Below the pieces are notes generated by a model, which saw nothing but the letters and a program-made list of their open reading frames with translations, did no database searches and was not told where the DNA came from. A program made the translations under genes and the position numbers. From a virus (taxonomy: Duplodnaviria > Caudoviricetes), in IMG/VR virus record IMGVR_UViG_3300014656_000051, positions 1-40,615 of that record: a stretch of 40,615 nt of DNA; one strand, 5' to 3'. Shown here piece after piece: positions 34,505 through 40,615 of this stretch (positions are counted from its first letter, which is position 1; the number at the start of each line of letters is the position of its first letter).

Positions 34505-36705
34505 TGCCGGAGCTGCACACAAAAGCCGACAGCATTGTGCTTGTACACACGGGCGCGGATGCTACCAACGGGACACAGGCCGATCCCGCGGCATGTCTTG
34601 GCGGGTATCGGTCGGTCAGCATCACGGGCGAGTACGGTGCGCTGATAGACCTGTCCCCCACCTATGAGCGATTGACTACGATCCGTATCGAGCGCCTGAT
34701 ATGTGGGGCTGAACCCACGGCCACGTTGACAATCACGGCGGAGTCTACGGGCTCTCTGTCTTTCGAGGATGGCGACGCGGTAGAGATTGCAGACGGCGAA
34801 ACCAAACTTCTCGAAGGTTCAGACGATGACTGGGCAGTTGTTGTCACTCGCGTAGGCACTGCCGACTTAGTTGGCGGGCTTCAGTTCACGGCGGTCCCCG
34901 TGTTTAACGATGCCGTGGCCGGTCCGAATGTTGCAGATGCAGATCGCGTGACCGGCCAGGACCTATACTGTGGATTGATGTTGCGCAACGAAAACGCGTT
35001 GAGCCTAACGAGCGTGCGGCTCTACGCGGTTTACAATCTGCTCGGCACGGCGGCAATCACGAGCAGCGCGCAACTCGGCGCCAGCGGAGCTGGCACCATC
35101 GGCGGTGCTGCTTCATGTTTTTCGGATTGGCCTGAGAGCGGCTGGGCTCACGTCAAGACGACAGGCGGAACGAGCCGCGAGGCCGTATACTACACCAGCC
35201 GGACAAACACGGTATTGACTGTCCCAGCCGCGGGGCGGGGGATGTTGGGCACGAGCGCGAGCGCCGGGGCAGCGAATGATGTGGCGAACGCTATCCCCGG
35301 CTGGTGTGCGGGCAAAGAGGCCCCCGGCGCAGACGGCGCCATCCAAACGATTGCAAATCCCGAGACAGCACCGACGGGGTTTAGCTGGACAACATCGGCG
35401 TTTCATGTCGAGATCGGAACGCTTACGGCTGGCGCGTCATATGGTGTTTGGTTTCATCGAGAGATTCCAGCAGGGGCCACGGTATCGATAGAACAGATGA
35501 GCGTCCTGCGTATCCAATTCACGTGCGATGGGATAACCTATCTACGCCGTTTCGACAGCTTATTCCGGCTTGCCGACACGACCATCGAAGGCTATGAGCT
35601 TTACGTCGGTGAGGACGAGGAGCCGGACCTGACGGCTGCGCCTAACGCAACGAATGCAACCCTGCCATTTTCGCATGGGATTACACCACCGGTATCCGGC
35701 GAGACAGAGTTCCGGGCCGTGGTGCGTTATCGAAACGCCTACGATCTCGTCAGCCCGAACACATATTCACGGTCCAGAACGGTGGATGATAATGGTGACG
35801 AGGTGCCGCAGCCACCGACCGCCCCAACGTTCTCGATAGAGACCGGGCCTGGTGGGATTGTCAAAATCCTGGCTTACTACAATCCTGGAGACGACGAAAC
35901 GGTCGCTGACACATGGCGCATCTATGCTGAGGAGGGAGCAGACCCAGTGCCCGGTGTGGACACACCGACCGAGGTATCGATGGAAGCCGACGCTGTGATA
36001 GGTTCACCGGTGTTCGCTTTGCACTATGACTCGTCTCAATATGGCCACAATGTCGAGGTGCGTGTGCTGGTCACGGCCTACCGAACAAGTGATAGCGCGG
36101 AATCTAGCAATACTACAGCCGAGACAGTTACGACTGATACGAGACAGCCGGACATTGCGCGTCAGCGGGCGTGGCACATCGGGACCGTGGCGCGGCAGGT
36201 GTGGGGGCCGCCGACTGTAGACGAGACCACAACCTACGACGAGACGGAGAACGTCTACGCCCGCCACTATCCTGGCTACACGGACTTCTACGTTGACAGT
36301 ACGTTGGTCTGGCGGCTCAAGTACGACTCGGCGGGACCTGCCGAGAACAACGGGCTGTGGACAACGCTGGCGTTTCAACAAGCGGCGATTTCCGGCGCGG
36401 CGTCAAGCACGCCGGTGGACGTGCTGAGCGCAACGGAACTCTACATTGCCGTGGCGGACGTGCGGCGGTTAAAAATTGACCTGACTGCCGGTACTATGTC
36501 CTGTGCCGGGATAAGCCAAAACCAGGATCGGCTCGTGACGGACTATGACAGCGCGCCGTTCTGTGAACGCGAATGGCACACGCTGTTCCAGGTATGGGAC
36601 AAGGCCACGTGGCATTATGTGACGGTAGCGAGCCTGGACAGGGAAGGCCGATTGACAATGGCGATTCCGATTCGACAGCGGACGATTGTAGGAGATTTTG
36701 AGTGA
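34504..36705 (+). CDS. Large tail/baseplate protein
   Basis: 733 aa; DP..CLGGYRS, GVWFHR.IPAG, FN3-like segments. Confidence 0.6.
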   Translation: MPELHTKADSIVLVHTGADATNGTQADPAACLGGYRSVSITGEYGALIDLSPTYERLTTIRIERLICGAEPTATLTITAESTGSLSFEDGDAVEIADGETKLLEGSDDDWAVVVTRVGTADLVGGLQFTAVPVFNDAVAGPNVADADRVTGQDLYCGLMLRNENALSLTSVRLYAVYNLLGTAAITSSAQLGASGAGTIGGAASCFSDWPESGWAHVKTTGGTSREAVYYTSRTNTVLTVPAAGRGMLGTSASAGAANDVANAIPGWCAGKEAPGADGAIQTIANPETAPTGFSWTTSAFHVEIGTLTAGASYGVWFHREIPAGATVSIEQMSVLRIQFTCDGITYLRRFDSLFRLADTTIEGYELYVGEDEEPDLTAAPNATNATLPFSHGITPPVSGETEFRAVVRYRNAYDLVSPNTYSRSRTVDDNGDEVPQPPTAPTFSIETGPGGIVKILAYYNPGDDETVADTWRIYAEEGADPVPGVDTPTEVSMEADAVIGSPVFALHYDSSQYGHNVEVRVLVTAYRTSDSAESSNTTAETVTTDTRQPDIARQRAWHIGTVARQVWGPPTVDETTTYDETENVYARHYPGYTDFYVDSTLVWRLKYDSAGPAENNGLWTTLAFQQAAISGAASSTPVDVLSATELYIAVADVRRLKIDLTAGTMSCAGISQNQDRLVTDYDSAPFCEREWHTLFQVWDKATWHYVTVASLDREGRLTMAIPIRQRTIVGDFE

Positions 36706-39176
36706 TGCGATACCTAGTGGCAGTCTTGATGCTGGCAAGCGCGGCGGCTCTTGCACAGGCGCAGAAGAATGAGTTTGCCTATGAGACGATCATCCTAGAC
36801 GATGTGAAGCTCACCCTTGGAACAAGCGGCGACTTCTCCGCGTTGTATGACGAGGCCGTGAACAACCGGCTTGAGATCGTAGACAGCGACGACAACCTTG
36901 TGTTGCATGTCACGGATGCGGGGTCTACTATTGCTGTAGTCTTAATCGGAAGCTTGTCCGCCACGACGCTAAGTACGAGCAGCGCATTTACGGCTGGCGA
37001 AGGAGCAGACACCGTACACAGGCTCGGACGTTGGAAGATTGGGTACAACGGCTCGGACGCGGACATGGCGGCTATTGCGCACGAAGACCGGATGAATTCC
37101 TCAGACTACGCGCTGTTGCAGAATGCGTGGGGCGAGACGATCTTGAATTCACGCGCGGGGCAAGTACTGCATTTGAGGATTGGGGACAGCACGACGGCAG
37201 CGCTCACGCTGGATGCTGACGGGGTAGACATCACGGACGCGCTGGACGTGGCCGGGGCGATTGCAGCGAACGGCGCGGCGATCACGACGGACGACACTAC
37301 GTTTGCGCTTGTGAACACCACGGCGACGACGGTGAACTTCGCGGGCGGTGCGACGACGACGGTGAACATCGGCAACGCGGCAGGCACTATAGCTATCGCC
37401 GGAGCTGCTACGGTAGGCGGCAGCCTTGCGGCCAACGGCGCGGCGATCACAACGAACGACACCACGTTTGGCCTGCTTGATGCTACGGCGACGACAATTA
37501 ACTTCGGGGGGGCAGCTACCACCATAGATATCGGTGCCGCGACCGGCACCACGACGGTGAAGAACAACCTGATGGTGGACGGGACGCTCACATCGTCGGG
37601 ATCATATAGTCCCGGCGTGATAGACCTCGGTGATGGGAATGGTACGATCCTGTTTGGCGCTGATGATGATATTCAGGTAGGGTACGACGAGGCGGGCGAA
37701 GACCGGCTTGAATGGGACGACGGCACGTACCTGCTTATGAGCCTGAAAAACAACGCTAACGTGGGGGACCTGACCTTGACGGGCGCGGCGGCCATTGCAG
37801 GTCTGCTCACGGCAGATAGCGCACAGTTCGGCGGCGGGTACGGGAACTCAGGATCTACGTTCTCGACAACTGGCACGGGCCAGTTCAACGGGGCTGTTAC
37901 ATCGTCGAGCGCGGTGACGGGCGCTACGGGGGTTATCGCGGGGGTCGCAGACACCACGCAAGGTGTTTTTACCGCTTACGCAAACGCCACGACGGCCGGG
38001 GGCAAAGCCATCATCCATGTTGGGCCAAACCTGGACACGCAAACAGACACATGGGTACTTACGACAGACACTACGACAGGCGATCTTGAGCTCAGCGGCG
38101 TGGGCGGTACGAGCGCGCTTGGCGAGATCCTGATCGTAGACGAGACGACGGGCCTAACGACGTTCCCGCATGCAGTGAATGTGACAGGGTCCTATCTCGC
38201 AGTAGGGGGTACGATCTCTGTCACGGGGGCGGCCACGGTTGGAGGCGCGATAGCATCGGGGGCAGATGACACCACGGCAGGATCGTTGGCCGCATATGGA
38301 AACGCGACCACGAGCGGGGGAAAGGTGTACATCTACAATGCGGCGGGGGAAGATCATGCGGACTATGAGTATTTCGTGTTTGAGGCAATCGGAAATAGCT
38401 TGACGTTTGGGCCGAACTCGGATACAGACGTGGTGAAACTGAGCACGGCAGGGGGGCTGGTGCTAGATGGTTCGCTGACAATAAGCGGCGACATAATCTA
38501 TGATAGTGGGTTGGCGGCGGCAATTACGTTCGACGGATCGCAGAACGTGTCGATGCCCGGCGACCTTGCGGTGAACGGCGACAACCTGAACTGTGACGGC
38601 GACCTGACGATCACGCCTGCGGGCGGGGACCTAAACGTTGTGGGTGAGTTGAATGCAACCCTGAACCAGAATGCGCAGACCCAAAACATTTTCACTAACA
38701 CAACAAACGGAACCACGGCTCGAAACTCCATTCTCCTTGTATGCGGGAACGTCAATGGATTTTTGCAGGCAGTACCGAGCAGTCACACAACGGGCGTCCC
38801 CGCTTGGGCAGACTCGTTTGTGGTTGGGTCGGATAGTGATGTTTTCATCGGCCCCTACACGGCGGATGATGTATGGATCCAGACTGGTGGTGTCGGCACC
38901 AAGAGGATCGGGGTAACGGGCGCGGGCGTAACCAATATTGGTGATGCGGGCACAACAAACTATGCATCGTTTTCGGTGACGGGCGACTTGAGTTTCGCTG
39001 GTTCGGCCGGGCTCTATCCACGGACATTGGCGCAGACTACTGAGCCAGCGGCGGGTACGGGTGCGACGCAGATTGACAGCGGCGAGGTCGTGGTCTGGGT
39101 TGACACGGATGACTCAAATGCAGTGTTTTTGGTGTACAATTATAGCGGAACGGTTGTGACGGTGGCCTTGACATAA
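36702..39176 (+). CDS. Gly/Thr/Ala-rich fibre/adhesin-like protein with an N-terminal signal peptide
   Basis: MRYLVAVLMLASAAALA-QA; internal repeats with beta-rich fibre-like composition. Confidence 0.65.
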   Translation: MMRYLVAVLMLASAAALAQAQKNEFAYETIILDDVKLTLGTSGDFSALYDEAVNNRLEIVDSDDNLVLHVTDAGSTIAVVLIGSLSATTLSTSSAFTAGEGADTVHRLGRWKIGYNGSDADMAAIAHEDRMNSSDYALLQNAWGETILNSRAGQVLHLRIGDSTTAALTLDADGVDITDALDVAGAIAANGAAITTDDTTFALVNTTATTVNFAGGATTTVNIGNAAGTIAIAGAATVGGSLAANGAAITTNDTTFGLLDATATTINFGGAATTIDIGAATGTTTVKNNLMVDGTLTSSGSYSPGVIDLGDGNGTILFGADDDIQVGYDEAGEDRLEWDDGTYLLMSLKNNANVGDLTLTGAAAIAGLLTADSAQFGGGYGNSGSTFSTTGTGQFNGAVTSSSAVTGATGVIAGVADTTQGVFTAYANATTAGGKAIIHVGPNLDTQTDTWVLTTDTTTGDLELSGVGGTSALGEILIVDETTGLTTFPHAVNVTGSYLAVGGTISVTGAATVGGAIASGADDTTAGSLAAYGNATTSGGKVYIYNAAGEDHADYEYFVFEAIGNSLTFGPNSDTDVVKLSTAGGLVLDGSLTISGDIIYDSGLAAAITFDGSQNVSMPGDLAVNGDNLNCDGDLTITPAGGDLNVVGELNATLNQNAQTQNIFTNTTNGTTARNSILLVCGNVNGFLQAVPSSHTTGVPAWADSFVVGSDSDVFIGPYTADDVWIQTGGVGTKRIGVTGAGVTNIGDAGTTNYASFSVTGDLSFAGSAGLYPRTLAQTTEPAAGTGATQIDSGEVVVWVDTDDSNAVFLVYNYSGTVVTVALT
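37260..37560 (+). repeat. Two 55-aa (165-nt period) repeats in the fibre-like gene
   Basis: IAANGAAITTDDTTFALVNTTATTVNFAGGATTTVNIG vs LAANGAAITTNDTTFGLLDATATTINFGGAATTIDIG. Confidence 0.85.
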
Positions 39177-39189
39177 GGGAGATCAGGAC

Positions 39190-39456
39190 ATGAAGAAGAA
39201 ACGAATCGTAGCAGTAACAGCGGCGGTCCTTTTGGCCGCTGCGGTATGGGCACAGACGACGGCCCCGGCAGACATGACGCCGCGCCAAGCGCTTGCCGTG
39301 CTGGACCTAGCATCGGCAGCCTATGCGGGGACCCGAGCCGATCACGTACAGATCCAGACGGCAGTACGCACGCTTGCGCGGCTTGTGGCGGCGCATGAAG
39401 AATATGAGGCGGCGCACGCGCCTGCTGAGGAAACAATCGAGGAGATAGAAAAATGA
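39190..39456 (+). CDS. Secreted/membrane-anchored small helical protein (i-spanin candidate)
   Basis: MKKKRIVAVTAAVLLAAAVWA signal-like N-terminus. Confidence 0.6.
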   Translation: MKKKRIVAVTAAVLLAAAVWAQTTAPADMTPRQALAVLDLASAAYAGTRADHVQIQTAVRTLARLVAAHEEYEAAHAPAEETIEEIEK

Positions 39457-39869
39457 AACATGCGATCACGGTACTACTCATAGCTGCACTGCTACTCGCC
39501 GCGGGGTGTGCGACAACGCGCACCACGGCAGCGGGCGATACGGAAGTGTCCGAAGTGGACCTGCACGCGCTCGTGGCCGTGCTGAGCACAATTGAGCGAT
39601 CACGGGATGCGTTGCTCGAAGCCGCCGAGGACAAGGCCGACACGGCGTTTCAACAGCGGTTGACTTTGATGAACGCGCGGATCTTGATTGTCAAGGGGCT
39701 TATCGAAGAGTTGACGAACCTGGCGGCCAACGGCGCGGCAAACACGATGATCAGCTTCGGTGGGGAGGCCACCACCATAGATATCGGTGCATCACCGGAC
39801 CTTGTGGTGAATGGTGGTGACGTGGTTGTCACGGGAGACACACAACTAGAAGGAGAATTCCAACAATGA
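39453..39869 (+). CDS. Lipoprotein (o-spanin candidate) with a fibre-derived C-terminus
   Basis: Lipobox LLLAAG-C; coiled coil; ATGA coupling. Confidence 0.65.
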   Translation: MKHAITVLLIAALLLAAGCATTRTTAAGDTEVSEVDLHALVAVLSTIERSRDALLEAAEDKADTAFQQRLTLMNARILIVKGLIEELTNLAANGAANTMISFGGEATTIDIGASPDLVVNGGDVVVTGDTQLEGEFQQ

Positions 39870-40240
39870 GACACTGGAAAGAAATCGCCTGTACCGTAGT
39901 CGTGTGCATTACGCTCGCTCTTTTGGCGGCGGGCGTGAACGCCCAGGAGCCCATCGAACGACCTGTGCCATGCCCGGACCGGACGCGGCTACAGAACGGG
40001 TGGTCTGACACGGCCCGCGGACACGCACTCACGGACTATCTAGGAACGGTGCTCACGGCGACCGAATGGACCGGCCTATTCGCAGCCATGTACCCAGAGC
40101 CGCCCGATAATGAGCGGATCAACATGCTACAGCGGATCCTACGGGACGCCGAAGATGCTCACGAAACCGATATCGCAGACCGCGCGCGCGCGCGAATCGA
40201 GGCGCTTACGCCAGTCGAGGCAATCGAGATAGAAAGGTAA
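39866..40240 (+). CDS. Secreted protein
   Basis: MRHWKEIACTVVVCITLALLAAGVNA-QE signal peptide. Confidence 0.6.
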   Translation: MRHWKEIACTVVVCITLALLAAGVNAQEPIERPVPCPDRTRLQNGWSDTARGHALTDYLGTVLTATEWTGLFAAMYPEPPDNERINMLQRILRDAEDAHETDIADRARARIEALTPVEAIEIER

Positions 40241-40242
40241 AC

Positions 40243-40437
40243 ATGAGCAAGCATAATCTTATCGCGTGGGGAATTGGGGTTGCCGCAGGGCTCGCGATTG
40301 TCGGGCTTATAGTCGTGTGTGCGTTTGTCGTCGTCTATGGCGACGATATCCGGTTGGGTTGGGACGGGACATACCTTGAATGGACCGACCCTAGCTCTAA
40401 CGTAATGATGTATCTGGCCGATGGCATCGAGGATTAG
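40243..40437 (+). CDS. Small single-TM protein
   Basis: Long hydrophobic stretch; AAAGGT RBS. Confidence 0.6.
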   Translation: MSKHNLIAWGIGVAAGLAIVGLIVVCAFVVVYGDDIRLGWDGTYLEWTDPSSNVMMYLADGIED

Positions 40438-40450
40438 GAGGTAGACACAC

Positions 40451-40615
40451 GTGACGCCGAACGAAGTACAACGCATCGTGTCTGAGTCCGTCCGCGAAAT
40501 GGAATCGACGCGCGCCGCACTTGTTCGCCAGGCCTTAGAAGGCAATGAGCAGCGCCAGTATACCGATGTGTGTCAGAACCATTTTCGGCAAGCGGCAAAG
40601 GAACGGGCCGATGCG
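40451..40615 (+). CDS. 5' part of a hypothetical protein (runs off the window)
   Basis: AGGAGGT RBS then GTG; frame open to the window end. Confidence 0.5.
   Translation, partial: MTPNEVQRIVSESVREMESTRAALVRQALEGNEQRQYTDVCQNHFRQAAKERADA

Noticed and set aside
40181-40194. (CG)7 run, potential Z-DNA
   Set aside because: Explained by RARAR codons within a CDS; no other support.
1-40615. CRISPR array, tRNA, diversity-generating retroelement, integrase
   Set aside because: I saw no regularly spaced repeats, cloverleaf, reverse transcriptase or recombinase motifs by eye. A tRNAscan/HMM run would be needed to exclude them fully.

Overview
The window is a contiguous piece of a tailed dsDNA phage genome (siphovirus-like: there is a tape measure gene and no sheath gene). 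Almost all genes lie on the + strand. From left to right: a replication/regulation block (sigma-like protein, SNF2 helicase, RHH regulator, TopoVI-A/TOPRIM-like protein, Zn-finger/TOPRIM primase), small early ORFs, terminase, portal, GH108 endolysin, a 2168-aa MuF head-morphogenesis/polyvalent effector with two downstream small genes, then protease/scaffold, decoration and capsid genes, head-tail connectors, two paralogous tail tube genes, a frameshifted tail chaperone, the tape measure, tail-tip genes and a run of signal-peptide proteins. The most unusual element is an intein (13116-14084) inserted in the MuF HPN|CRC motif that has no recognisable in-frame endonuclease. Instead, a complete HTH plus Vsr/DUF559-type endonuclease gene is encoded on the opposite strand (14009->13140). 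Its own sigma70 promoter (TTGCAA-17-TATACT) and Shine-Dalgarno (AAGGAGG) are written into the codons of the intein C-terminal splicing region. All assignments come from motif recognition by eye; no database searches were run.
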